From assembly GCF_024521635.1 (NCBI RefSeq), contig NW_026250411.1:682001-746000 (forward strand): 64,000 bases of DNA. The letters are read 5' to 3'. How positions within the stretch are numbered: position 1 is the stretch's first letter; the number at the start of each line of letters is the position of its first letter. Below, piece by piece: positions 43,370 to 56,657 of the stretch. The notes beneath the pieces were generated by a model. It made no database searches and was not told the DNA's origin. It worked only from the letters and a program-made list of their open reading frames with translations. The stretch is from Tricharina praecox (Eukaryota). Both the position numbers and the translations under genes were made by a program.

Positions 43370-46300
43370 CTCTGCAATTAGGTATTAGGTGTATGTTGGT
43401 ATGGATGTATTAAAGAGGCAGCGGAGCAACAACGAAAAGAGTGGTTGTTGGTCGCAAAAACGAATGAGGTGCTCGGAGGTCGTTGGGGAGCTGCTGTGTT
43501 ATAGAGGGCAGGTACTGGGTCGAGCGGGCTGGATAGAATTTATACCAACCCATTGTTTGCCCCAAGAATAAAAAGGTGCTGCTGTACAGACAGCGCGGGT
43601 GCCCGCCCACCTCACTCCCTCGCACGCATCCCAGCCCGAGACAAAGGTTACGCCCTGCAGCAACCATTGGTGCGGAAGCATGTTAGAATCCGACTCTGCA
43701 TAAGATCGCTAAAAAGTCACAATTGGCCACAACTGGACCCAGGCCAAGCAGACGGCGCTGCTTAGGTACTTCCTTGCGAGTTCCACTTGCTTTGCTGTAC
43801 TGAATCCTGATGATGACTAGCGAAATCCCGTGTCTGCTATGTACTAAGATAGTAACCTGGGCCGATCTCCTGCAAACCAGTGGCCGGGATACATCATCGA
43901 TCCGCCGATGAATGCTTACTTTTCCATAAGCGATGGATTCTTGCACGTCTCGCCGTCCAAGCAGATATGTACATGCCTAACTGATTGCCATGCCAGGATC
44001 GTGCAACGGTAACATTTCGACGTTTGAGCGCTCATCCGAAGCCTGGGTCGAAAAATGCCCACGATGCCCACGATGCCCCGTGTTGCGATGCGTCCTGCAA
44101 CATGCTGTGCGGGCGCGTGTTGGCAGTCCCCCCCGTAGCCAGGCTGGTGGGTTCGCCACGGGTGATGGTGGGAGGAGTGACAATCTGTGACTCAGTCCCG
44201 TGTCTCGGCGTCCCTGGCCGCTGGCCGCCGCGGTCAGGCGGCCGACGTCGGAGTTGGCTGTGGAAAGAGTGATAGCGTGGTCTGCCATCTCGCCCGCTCC
44301 CAGCCACTGGATATCCCTGGCGATACGCACCGGGCGCGGGAACTCGAAAAGCTCTCTCTCTCCCGGCCTCGTCCACTGGATTTTGCGCTTTGTCTCTCGC
44401 TGACGGCCCGGACGCGAGGAGGGAAATGGACCTTCTGCCGCCGATCGCACCGTGGATAGAGCGTAGGCCCGGATTCTCGATCAGCGCTAGATGCGGAGAG
44501 CGTGTCTGCAGTGGTACCAAGCCTCGGATTGCCGAACTTGCCAGCAGAATGGGAAGGCTAGCAAGGGGCTCCAATAAAGTCGGTTTTTTCGGACACTACT
44601 CCGGCCGTGGTCTCAGATCCACCGCCCAACACGTTTTGCTGTGGTTATGGCTGCCGTGACAAACAACACCCCACGACAACAACCGCGTGCGCCTGCTGAA
44701 CGCGTGCTGGCGCGGATCCCTCAGCCGCATGTACTCCACGTTAAAGATTCGCGATTGTCGATTGCTTACTACTGTGGTTTAGTGCTCGGGAGAGGCGTTC
44801 ACTCTCCAACCTTAACCCTACGTCTGGGCGGATGGCCCCCCTAAGATCGTGATCGCTGTGTGCGTACTTAGCACAACGGTGCCTCTCAGGGTCCGAGTTT
44901 ACTCGGGATGCAGACGATTTCGTGGCGGAGGTGTTGAGAAAACGAGAGCAGACCTCTCGCTCGCGCGGCCAAGCATGTGTGTAGTAGGGACGAAACCTAC
45001 AGCACCTACATATGTACATACTGGAAACCAACAATCCACCCGTGTCCCAGCCTGGGCGAGGCTGTTGGCAGTGGATGCATGATTGCAACTTGATAGCCAG
45101 CACTCTCCATACTGGTAGATTAGTTGCCCCCGTCGGGTCCGACTCTAATGCTCCCGCCGAATCAGTCTCCCTTTGACGAGCACCCAGACTCCTGTGCCAG
45201 ATTACTGGGTGGGCGGTGGCTTGATCTGGACGGTTATCTCTGCCAGCTAGTTCGGATCCAGATGGCTCTCCGCTTCTGCTTCGGCTTTGTCTCAACTTAC
45301 CGTTGAAGTGTCAGTGTCTCACTACTATTGGTATCTACAGTAGTAGAAGCACTCTACTATGCCATGAACACCCGTGAACGCCGAACTATTGCATCGTCGG
45401 AGTCCTCCAGTCTTCCCTTCCCCTTCCTTCGGAACGTGTCGGGCTCCCTATCGCTACTACTAGTATACTAGATAGCGGTGAGGGAAATAGTCTATCGGTT
45501 ATGCTTTACGCTCAGCTGCAACTCGAAGAGTGCTGGAAAGTGGAGCTGTGGGGGGGTTCTCCCTGGCAGGGCTGCCGTCTCAACGCCTATGTTCTCAAGA
45601 TTGAGTAACCGGGTTTCCACTTGGTGGCTTTGTTGGTTTCTACGCCATTCAACGGCTTAAGCTACATCTATGTGAGGTTGCCGAGAGAAAAAAGAACTTC
45701 CTTCACCACCGCTTGCCTCTCCAGAGGAGGGCATAGGCGAACCGACGGGCATCTCCTTCATCTCGAATCCAAAAGCAATGCCTGAAGGCTGTGATGCTGC
45801 AATGCTCCTCACAGTATCTCGTCGGAGAAGCCCAGAAGGCTGCGCTGTTCTGGCTGCATATCATGCCCTGAAGCCGAAGGTACATATGTACCAGCAGTTG
45901 CTGCATCATACCACACGGATTACTACTGTAGTGGATAGCTTCAGACAGCAGAAGCCGCTGTGAGGGATCGAGAGATTTTTCCAGCTGAAAGACAGGGCCA
46001 CTCGTCAACTGCTGAAGACAACACTAAGAAACTGCCGGCTGGTTAGAATGTTTTGCCCAAGAGATCCACTGGCATCTACGGGACTTGCTGGTCAAGATTG
46101 CAGCAGATCGTGCTCTCTCGCCAGCCGTCGGACGAAAGGTGCCTGTCTTCTTCGCATTCTCGGACACAGAGTCCAGAGTCCAGATGTCAATTTTGACTCC
46201 CGCCCTTCGCGCACTCCGGCCGGTCCAGTTGATCATTTGCGCCTGGGACCCTCCTTTGGCGATATTTTCATTCCTGCAAGACCTCTAGCTAGTCGGGACT

Positions 46301-49300
46301 CTCGCTTCGAGATGTTGTCACCATGTACATAGAGATAACGAAGAGCGCCTACATACGTACGGTTGTTCTCATTCAGTGGCGTCGTCGGTATTCAGGTCCG
46401 ATGCTTCGGCGCCAGCAAGTTTGTCTCCAAGAACGACGAAAGTTCTGAATCTCGCGATCACTCAGGAGTCAGGACGCCAAATTCGTTCCTGGGCAAAGTG
46501 GAGTGGGTTTGGGCCCAGATACCTGGCGATACCTACTCCCTAACCTGTGGAGTTTGCATCTCTTTCGTAAGCTGGTCGATCCGGTGTTTCCACAGGAGTC
46601 AGGACGGGATGATGCATGCAATCAACGTGGTTACATCATGGCAAACAAGCTGCAAGACCACCCAGCTCGAGAGAAACTACGTGAGTAGGACTCGGGGTTA
46701 CTCCTTTACCGGGGAAGGACAGAAATCCCCGCGGGGATAAACCTTGTGAGAACTGAGATCTATGCATAATAGAGTGGGAAAGTGCGGTTATCTTCAAGCG
46801 GGACAACTACGAGAGGCGAGATACTCTATACAGGCGACAATAAGCGGAATATTGGCATATCAATGACTATTGACCAATGACCATACCTACTACATACTGA
46901 GATCTATTAGCAGCCCTGCGCAGAGTCTGAGGCCCTTCCGACGAGAGATCACGGGAGGGAAAAGGATACTAAAACAAACACATAGAGAAAGCCACAGACG
47001 GGATACAAATCCAATCAAGCCCTGGTGAAGTGGTGGCGTTTCGAAGCCGCAGTCGAAGTTGAAGCGCCTCAAAGAACAGTTTATGGCTGGGGTGAGCCTG
47101 TGTAAAAAGAGAAACAAAGTTTGATTGCGATGCGATCCGCCAGGCATATACCTGGCATTCCACATACGGTGCACCCAAGCCATTAACCACGGCGGCAATC
47201 AGCAAGGATCCGAACAAACCACGAATGATATCGCTAAATTCATCCACCCATCGCATTGCGAAACGTGGGTTTGCTGTGCACTCGTGCCGGATCAACCTAA
47301 CGGAGAAGATTCTTGTGGCTTGCAGTATTCTACACACAAGGCCCGAGAGGGTTGTCTAATTCTGTGACCTGCATGCCTGCTCATGTACATCGGATATCAC
47401 TCGTGTCAGAGACCGTGCTCAGCTTGTCGTCGACCGGCCCGCAGGGGGTGGTGGCTTCGGTCGGGAAAGTACATGCACGCATACTACAGACTCTGCCAAC
47501 ACGGCTCGGTGTTTCCCGTCGAGACCCACTCCTATCTTCTTCACTCCCCTAGCTCGCGCGTAGCTTATCAGACAAACATGGCGCCAATGATGCCTGCCAC
47601 AAGGGAAGTCATGGCGTAGGGGGAAGGGGGCGTGGGGGATCGCACCGGGAGTAGAAAGCAGATCGAATGGGTTGAAGCACGCTCACCCACCACCCATCTG
47701 CTGGTATCTGCGCATGCATGTTGCAGCAAAAGGACTGGAGGGGAATACTTTCCGAGTGATATGACATGCACGTCTCTTGCTCCGCAGCAGCGGAACTCTT
47801 CGCCGCCAACCAAACCGCAGATACTTACTTCTCGGAGTATACTTGGTCACCCCGCAGACTTTCCCGTGAACCACGAGCGAGCATACGGCCAACCAGCCAG
47901 TCAACCATGCAGCGCCCCGCATCCTCGGAAAGTTTGGAAATCAAGGAACCGGTGAATTCGCTGAAACCTCACTCGACCTTGCTCCTCGTGGCTCGGCGCT
48001 GCGACAAATCAGTCATGTTACTGGAAGTCTTGTCTCTGCACACGTATCATGATTTACATACCTCATAACTACCTCTCCGTCACCATATATGTAGATGTCT
48101 GCATCCCGTCTCCCCACTGGAAAGTCTGCAGATACTGCAATGCACAGCGATGATCGATTTCTCCGGCATCCGCTGGCCACCGGACGAACAAGATTCTATC
48201 CTCCTCCACCACCACATTCTCTCCCCCGCCAACGATAGCGACGACGACGCGCTTCATCGGAAATCAACGAAAACGATTCAAAAGTACCTACTTTGGTATT
48301 TCCAACGTCGAACTCTGCCTAAAGCAAGCACCGCCGACATACCACAGGCTGTGATTCGCGAGTGACATAGAGTGACCCGCTTTCTCGGCCGAAGAAACGA
48401 TCTCAATCAACCACCTACCTGCCCTCGATCTCCCATCTCGATGGACTTCATCTACCTATCTGGTATCCACCTATACGTCGCCATTCCCACTTCCCCCCTC
48501 CGAGAAATGGAACTAGCAACTGTTGTTCCAAACTACCTACTTCAGTTCTTTGCTGCGTCCATTTGCGTCGACACTCCATCCACTCCGTCCACTCAAGTTC
48601 TCTACCGATCTCCGACGAGATGCGAATGCTCTAGGTACTTAGTTACTCTGAACTTGCCACTAACGCCCGCGGTTCTATAGGTATCTCGGGGCAGGACTAT
48701 GTATAGAAAAACCAAGCTTCCGCGAAGTCGAATTCTCGTCGACTATGTACCTACCTACTCTACCTACCGTACTATGGACATTGGACACCGATACTACGAC
48801 TGGCGATGACTCGGTGTGCTGGAATAGGGAGGCGGTACTAATTACTAGTATGATAGTACCACTGAGTCCTGACGAACTGGGACAAAAGGATGGGCCACAA
48901 GAGTCGCTGATGGGAACGGCTACTCTGCCACAGAGGATACGGTAGTGCACCGCTACGAAAGACCACTCTGTTTCGCAGAGATTTTCCGTTGCCCGATAGC
49001 CATCAGTTTTACCCTTGCTCGCGCTCGCGCAGAGTTCGTTGTCGTCGTCGCTGTCGTTGCCGTCATTGTCGTCGTCGTCGGGTTGACATACAACAAAGCC
49101 ACTCGGACTCACTAACCAAGTGCTTGTTAGACCGCTAGAAAAGGGACCGATGCGCTTAAACCCTCAACGCCACCGGCGCCAAGGGAACGTCCACGATTAC
49201 ACACCTACAAGACTCCCAGTCGACGACCACAAAACAGAGATTTTCTAAGAGCTATTGCGGAGCACGAATCCCCTCGCGAATTTTCGGTGACTTGGGCTAC

Positions 49301-51539
49301 CTATCGAAAGACTTTTCTCGCTGCGAAGGAATTTTAGCATCTCTGGGTCCAAGCGTTCGGACCATGAAGCGATCTAGGTCTGTAGCATGCGCACCTTGTA
49401 TGTAGGAGAGGAAAATCCATGAGACACTGCTTAATCTATGATGTAACCACAATGGAACGAATAAGCGGTCGATAAGGTTTTGTTGATCCGACGGCCGGGA
49501 ACCATTGGACTTGGACTTAATTCTATGCTTGGTTGCGCTATTGTCTTCGGGTAGGTTGGACCAACGCGCTTATACACTCCTACATACTACTCCAGACTCT
49601 GAGTCTCTGGCACCGACCCCGTCGTGAATCCCAACCATGGGGGGAGATGAACTCGAGTGAATCGGGCTGCACGAGCGTGCATGGGGATAGACACAAGTGG
49701 CGGTTCTGTTATGGGGTATTTTTACTTGGGGGCGTTGATCAGGATAGCTCTGTATGATACGCGAAAAGAAGTGCGGGCAATGAAGGAAGGAATAATACAT
49801 ACCAGATCAACTCATCCGATTGGACACCCCTCTGGGCACTAGTTCAGTAGAATAGTAACTACGCGCTACGGCGCATCATCATCAGTATCTCCATCGGCAT
49901 CTCTCCAGCACTGCCCATCGGGCAAAACACTTTCCCCTTGCCATTATATTGTGTGAAGGCATTTCTCTTTGATCCTTCCTGACTCCATGGCTATTGTCCA
50001 CTACCTATACCGGTAGGTAGTAGGGTGGTCATCGTTGGATATAGGTATCATATCTCTACTGGCCTCACTCAAAGACGTGTATCATACAACGAGGAACCGA
50101 CAGTGCAACCAGACCTTCTCCTATATACGACAGGCAGGTCTAGAGCATCTTAACGCCTCCCAAATTTGTGCTCCGCTTGCCTGAGCCACTCTCAGAACCC
50201 GTCCCTTGAAAACCTGTGGCGTTTGTCTAGGTCACAGCTTGAGTTCACAGCTACTCTAGTAGCGCGGCACTCGATGAAGTTACCGCTTAGTTTCACGGGA
50301 GGAGGGGGGGCGGCTGGCTATCTGAATAGCGACCGAGGCACAATGGATCACGCCTAGAGCGAAATCATGTTTCATCACCCGCTCCACTCTAGAAGAGCGC
50401 TGCCATCGGATCGAAATAGTCATTCACGCTTCCTGAGCACCAACTCCTCGCTTCTATTCTGCTCCCAAGGCTTGCTCTCACCCAATTCTAGTAGCGTGTC
50501 TCGACTCGGTTGTTTTTTATGGTTTGATCATGATTGTATGTGACCTGTACTACTGGTTATAGGGAGGATCAGTTCTCGTCCACTATCCAGTCCAGTCCAG
50601 TCCCGACCTCAATCGTCTCGCACACGGCTTGTTGTCGCTTCTTTGCCCTCCGTACTGGCCAATGATAAAGACATGTAGGGCTCACCATGGAAATTACAGA
50701 GGAAGGAAAGAATCCGTGTCTGACACCTTCCTTCGCCTCGCCCCTGCCTGGTCGTCAGGGACTCAAAGGATGCCATGAAGGAGAGCGTGGAGGGATCCCG
50801 CGCTCCCCAACCTCGTTACCGCTCGCCTCCTCCTCCTCCTCCTCCTCCTCCTCCCACGCCTCACTGAGTTGCCTCCAGATCCGCCCTCCCACATCGGCGG
50901 TGGCAAGGAATTCCAGAACCGCTTAACTGCACCACTCATCTGCGAAGAAGTCTCAGATATTGATTCTTGAAGCGAGCCTTACGCATCTCCCCTCTCCATC
51001 CGGACCCGCGCCCAAAGCTTCTTCTGGCTCTTCCCATTCGGAAGCAGCACTCGAGAAGGCGGTATCGCCTCCGGATGTCTCATCGGGTCTCAACCGTGAT
51101 TGCGGGCTCCTTCTGGCGCTGGGGCGGCGGTGCGCTTCCTGGCCCTGGCCGGATCGTATTCCCGACCGCTGCCTGGCCTTGAATAGATCATACCTAGTTC
51201 ATAGTTCATCCTCGCCTCACGATGGCTGCTTGCACGTTCGACTGCTGCCAACCTCTAGATATAGTAGCCACGGATTTGTCTGTTAGGTATGTAACAGGAG
51301 TGATATCTAGTGATTAAGATCATTGGGGTGGGGAGGGGTTCTTGCCAACACCCAATTGCAAATACCGCCTCCAGTGTACCGTTCGGACGGCGGGTCTACG
51401 GCCAAAGAAGCATCAGTCCGTAGTGCTTGAGATTGGCGAGTCATCACAAACGCAACACGGCGAGAGGCGGAAATACATGAGTCCACGACTCCACGTAAAC
51501 GTTGATATGCTCAGACATGTGATCGACTCCTCTCTAGAC

Positions 51540-51625
51540 AGACCAATTACGGTCATGATAGAACAAACAAAGCTAAGTGCTCTCCTTGATCTAGGAGGGT
51601 GTGTAGGTAATCACTTGGAACCCCC
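51540..51625 (+). mobile_element. Possible LTR-retrotransposon aspartic protease relic
   Basis: PITVMIEQTKLSALLDLGGCVGNHL resembles the retropepsin pattern ITVxI....ALLD[ST]G..GN, with a degenerate catalytic motif. Confidence 0.35.
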
Positions 51626-51978
51626 CATTCCGGTTTGGCATCAGATGTTCGGGTTCGCTGGGTAATGTGCATTGTATCTCACTCGGTTATTCGACTTTAG
51701 CCAATGCTGAAATTTGGTGATATCCTCTTTTGGTGATAACTCTTGGTGATGTTCTCTTCCCCTGCCATTCTCTTTAGCTACTGGGGATCGATTTTTATAC
51801 GAGAACCCAGCTCAGTCCAGTATATTTGCAAAATATAACAAAAGTTGAAAATGGACGCGGAAAAGCAGCAATAACCGTCACAAACACTGAGGAACGTCGT
51901 CCCAACCCGGATAGAAAGTACAATACAATGAGAGTGTGACAGACGGAAGCTGAGGGGAAAAGAAATCAAAGGTGAAAA

Positions 51979-52097
51979 AACTACGGTACCAGGGATTCCC
52001 GCATGGTCACCCACTGCAGTACTAACCTGGCGATACCATGCTTAACTAGGGCTGAGCGGACGGGAAGCCGTGTGTTCATGGTTCTATGACCGTAGCT
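51979..52097 (-). rRNA. Dispersed 5S rRNA gene
   Basis: 119 nt AGCTACGGTCATAG..CTTCCCGTCCGCTCAGCC..AGTTAAGC..GTTAGTACT..TGGGTGACC..GGGAATCC..CCGTAGTT; terminal helix pairs; T6 Pol III terminator; TATA-like box about 25 nt upstream. Confidence 0.95.
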
Positions 52098-52829
52098 GAA
52101 ATATCACGTGGTTAAAGTATTATAAACTGCAAGTTCCGCCGAAATAGAGGTATCATTCTTTGTCAGTGCCGTTTCTACCAAGTTTTTCGCGGAGTATTGG
52201 CTTATTTACGCATTCTACCAATATTCACAGAATTCTGAAAAAATGCCAGCATAAAAGGCAATTGCTCACAAATGACGACTGCTTTATAGGATTAGATTAC
52301 TGTGCCGTCACAGCCATCAACTCCGCTATGGGGGGAAAGTGCACTCCATTGCTGTAGTGTTGGAATATAAAATGTACATAGAAAGAGACATGAGATTTGC
52401 ATGGAGAAAAACTCCGAAGGCGGTTTGCTTGGAAGTCACGAAAAAGGAAGTTTAATCAAGAAGGAGAAGAGAAATACAGTGAACAACTCTCTGAATAAAA
52501 CTACCCTCTGGAGGAGATGAGTACCTAGTATATGGGTTCCACCACCAGCTGCCTTCTGCCTTCCGTACCAAGTGAACATTCATAGGCTCTATCTCCGACA
52601 CTGACAGCACTACAATGATCCGGTCTGAGAGGGATCGTGAATGAAAATGTCATACCTAGGGTGCTTCGTCAATTTCTTCCACTTCATCACGGATCATTCG
52701 CTGACCAATTACACCCCCCCCCCCTCTCCCGTTGCAACTGCCCAATTGTTATAGCCGCAATCCGCACCACATGATAGAAGGCTTTACTCGTAGAATGTAC
52801 TACAAAGCTACCCATTGAGATACTGATCG

Positions 52830-53100
52830 TACGGATGTGATTATGGTCATTATATTGGCAGGTGATGACTCTAGCTCCAGTAACTGGGTCCGCCCACCAT
52901 TGACACATTGAGTTGGACTTTGTATACACGTCTCTACGTATTGATTAGGTAATGCTTCTTTGTCTTGCTTCCTGATGCCCATGCAAAGACACTCTGCTGA
53001 CCGGTATTGGAACTCCCACACGTGACCGAGCAAAAGCACCATCCGGCTCAATGCTCCCAGCCTCCCAGGCTTGGGTTCATGAAAGCGAAATGCTCCAAGA
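52830..53100 (-). pseudogene. Possible degenerate FAR1/Mutator-type DNA-binding domain relic
   Basis: Frameshifted fragments ECLCMG ... RRDVYTK..CQW ... VITCQYNDHNH give a C..C..HxH spacing; weak. Confidence 0.3.
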
Positions 53101-53621
53101 AACTTATTGCGTAATATTGGGCATGTTCCAAGTTCCAGCAACTCCTACCTATCGTAGCTCTGACGAGTAAACTGCGTTGCGGCTTGAGGGTACTGCTGCT
53201 GATTGCTCACGAATCCTGGTATTTCGTTTCTGCTGTCTGCGGTAGGTACATAGTAAGGACGTTGATTGCCTGCCGCGTACTGCTTGGCTAGTGATATGTA
53301 TGTGGTTGTCGTAGGTCATACATTCGTCGACGAAGCAGTGCAATCGCTTGAACTCCATGCAGTAGAAATCAAAATGCAGCGTTGGGATCCACAAAGTAGC
53401 TAGGTACCGTGGAGTACCTATGATTCCTTCAGCAGGAAGCGCCGCTGAGAGGCGAAGTGCCGGAGAAAATGAAATGCGCCACCGAGGGCTTGGATGGTGA
53501 TGTGTTAGGTATATTGTGTGTTGTGTGTTGTGTTTTGTGGGAGGGAAGGATCGCGAGTGGTTGTTGTCATTACATACTAGGGATGGAACTTCATCGAATG
53601 TTACATTAGAGTACGTACGCC

Positions 53622-54277
53622 TGTGTATGGCTCGTGGTAGAATGAATGGCTCGTCTGAGAATGTATGGCTCGTGGTAGAACGAATGGCTCGTCTGAGAAT
53701 GTATGGCTCCTCAGAGAATCAATGGCTCCTGAGAATCAATAGTTCTTCTAAGAATGAATGGCTCCTGAGAATCAATGGCTCCTCTGAGAATGAATGGCTG
53801 GTCCTAGAATGAATGGCTCGTCCTAGGCTGAATGGCTCGTCGTAGAATGAATGGCTCAATTCAGAATTAATGGCTCCTCTGAGAATCAATGGCTCCTCTG
53901 AAAATCAATGGCTCCTCTGAGAATTAATGGCTCCTCTGAGAATCAATGGCACAACTCAGAGTCTCAGAATGAACGGCTCCTCTTAGAACTAATGACTCAT
54001 CTTAGAACAAATGGCTTGTCTTAGACCGAATGGCTCATCTGAGAATCAATAGCTCGTCTGAGAATCTATGGCTCGTCGTAGAACGAATAGCTCGTCTTAG
54101 ACTGAATGGCTCGTCCTAGAACGAATGACTCGTCATAGAATCTATGGCTCGCTGAGAATGAATGGCTCGTCGTAGGGTGAATAGCTCGTCTCAGAATGAA
54201 TGGCTCGTCGTAGAACGAATGACCCGTCTCAGAACGAATGGCTCAACCCAGGAAGAATGGCTCGTCTCAGAATGAAT
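53622..54277. repeat. 19-bp minisatellite, about 34 copies, consensus AATGAATGGCTCGTCTGAG
   Basis: Contiguous diverged units such as AATCAATGGCTCCTCTGAG and AATGAATGGCTCGTCGTAG; no spacers. Confidence 0.93.
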
Positions 54278-54589
54278 GTGGAGCATTCGATCACTGTAAC
54301 TGTCACCTACGTGAAAGGGCACGGATGAGACGAACGCTTAAGCTTTAGTACAACGTTCCAGGACAGATGAGATGAACAGCAGCCTCGACCGTTATGTAGA
54401 AATTATAGGTGATAGTTCGTGAACGATATGTAACAAGCACCAAGTGACATTCTGTGACATTCCTGCAGGTAAACCCCCGACGCATCCGCGAACAACATTC
54501 AAATGCAATTCCAACCCGCAGCCCAGCCCAGCGCAACAACCGCACCCAAAACGCCCCCAAAGCCAAACATGCAATTCTCCATCACTCCA

Positions 54590-56657
54590 TCACCCCTCCT
54601 GCCCAGCCCTGTGAGCATATGCATCGCCCTCCTCTTCCCACACGACGCCGTCCTTCGCCCACATCCAGCGACAATACGCACGCAGCTCTTTATCCTTTGG
54701 GACGACACTTCTCCACTCCTCGTCTCCCCCCTTAACCCCGCCCCGCAAGGCGTCTCTGCAAAAGATCCTCCAGCTGTCGAGGGCATATGCGCCGACACCC
54801 GGCAGATGCGCAATCTCCCATTTCATCTTCATTTCCACGCCGCGGGGCTCGCGGCCGGGAATGGGGAATGGCGGGGTGTCCTTGGCGGGGTAGTTGTATA
54901 GCACCTTTTCAGCGGCGCCCGGCGGGTTCACGAGCCATTCTGTGGCCATCTTGATGAGGCGCTCGGCGCGGACGCGATAGAGGCCTATGGGCTGGAGGAG
55001 GGTTTCGAGATCCGCTTGTGGGGCGGTAGAGAGGATCTCGGGCGTGGGATAGAGGGAGAGGAATTTGTCGAGGAGGGGCCGAGCGACGGAGCCCTTGGTG
55101 CGGTTGAGGAAGGTGGTGGAAATTAGGAGATGGAACTGGGATCGTTAACAGCTGTTGTGTGGGAACCAATGATGAGGGGACAGACAGGATTGTCACGGAG
55201 TTCTTCCTGCACCAGCCCGAACTTCTCGGCGGTAAATGGCGGCCAGGGGGTGACGCTGATGCCCTTGGGGGTGCGTCCGGATCCTTTGACGTTTACCACT
55301 GTTGCGAGTGTTCTTGGGGCAGTAAAGTAAGGCGAGTTGACTATGGATTTCCTAGTGCTTTTGCGTCGTTTCGGTGGTGGTGTGGTGGGTTCCGAAGGCT
55401 CTTGGGGGTCACCGGAGGGCACAATGATCTCTTCCGTTACCCCTTCTTCAAGTCTGATGTCGCCGTCTATATCCTCAATCTGCATACCCGAATCCGGTGA
55501 GATTGGAGACGAGGCACGCCGCTTCCGCTTCTTCGCGGTTGGCGTTACCGTAGCTTGATGATTCTCCTCTTGTAAGACCGTAGTCTTCCTGGCCGAGTTC
55601 CGTAACGAATATCTAGGCTCAACTTCAACTTTTGGAGCCGGCGTTGAGGTCGGCGCCTTTCGTGGAGTACGAGTCCTTTGTGGAGTGGAGACCACGGCCT
55701 GGATTTGACTGCTACGACGCTCTGGTTCGTGTGCGCTGAGGGGCGGCGTGGGTAAAGTGTCATCGTTGTCGCCGGATGTTGAAGTTTTGAGAGGGGTGAG
55801 GGAGGGCTTGTGTTTTTCGTCAGGAGGATTTGTGTCGGGTTGCTGAGATTTTTAGCTATGGAGATCGGGATCAATCTGGAATGGAAACGTACGGGAAACT
55901 TGCAGTCGAGCTCGGCAGCCTGGACGTTGGTATCGCGCTTCACATATCCAGTGTCCTCTGGTATGGAATCTGGGTCTTCACTGACGTACTTCAGCTCCTT
56001 TGTATCCTCCGACATGGAATCTTGCGTGTCGTGCAATTTTTCCTCTACCGTGACAGACGGGTTCAAAGAACTTTCGACTGGTCCGGGGATGTGGTCATGT
56101 TCCATTTCTTCAGTTCTCTCGACCGTGGGAGGCGTGTCGGTGTGCGGCTTTGTACTAGTTGTGAAAGCGTTGTCTTGGTTTGACTCCGTCTCCGTCGTGG
56201 GTTTATCCTCGCTGAGCTCCTCCTCTTCCGGAGTAAGAGCTTTCTTGTCGGCCGTTTCGCCATCGATTGCAACTTGCTCATCGCGCACTTGCACTTCTAC
56301 ACCCAGAGTTCTGTCCGGTGGTGTGGGAGCCGTAACTTCGATATTGACCGTAGTATCTAGGACCGCATCGGTAGAAACTTCGTTGTGCTCGCCTTCGCTG
56401 CCAATAGTGGTGGTCTCTTCGGTCTCGCTCCCCTCCATCACCACGTCCTCGCTCCCAGGGGTAGCTGCGTTCGCATACTCTTCGTCCGCCTGCCCCTCCT
56501 CCTGGATCTGCTGGCTCTTCTCCCCACTCTTCCGCGCCTCCTCCTCCAGCTTCCGCTTCTCCCACCGTTGCCTCAACCTCTCGCGATCGCGCTTCCTCCT
56601 GCGAACGATGATGCCAGGAGCGCCGTTGGAAGGCGTGCGCGCGTTGAATCTTGCCAT
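54590..56657 (-). CDS. MBD4-like HhH-GPD DNA glycosylase with long acidic disordered N-terminus (introns 55843-55892, 55136-55185); start uncertain
   Basis: FGLVQEELRDNP|FHLLISTTFLNRTKG, PIGLYRVRAERL, WEIAHLPGVGAYALDSWRIFC, VVPKDKELRAY..W; the 50-nt intron joins the 56657 ORF in frame. Confidence 0.82.

Noticed and set aside
44808..44821. TAACCCTA as a telomerase RNA template
   Set aside because: Only an 8-nt match, and the same motif occurs in the RPL30 promoter; I could not identify a pseudoknot or CR4/5-like element.
53622..54277. CRISPR-like array
   Set aside because: Units are contiguous with no unique spacers, no cas genes are present, and the context is eukaryotic.
55843..55902. GC-AG intron using a GCAAGT donor in the MBD4-like gene
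   Set aside because: It gives an in-frame stop; the GTACGT donor at 55892 keeps the frame.
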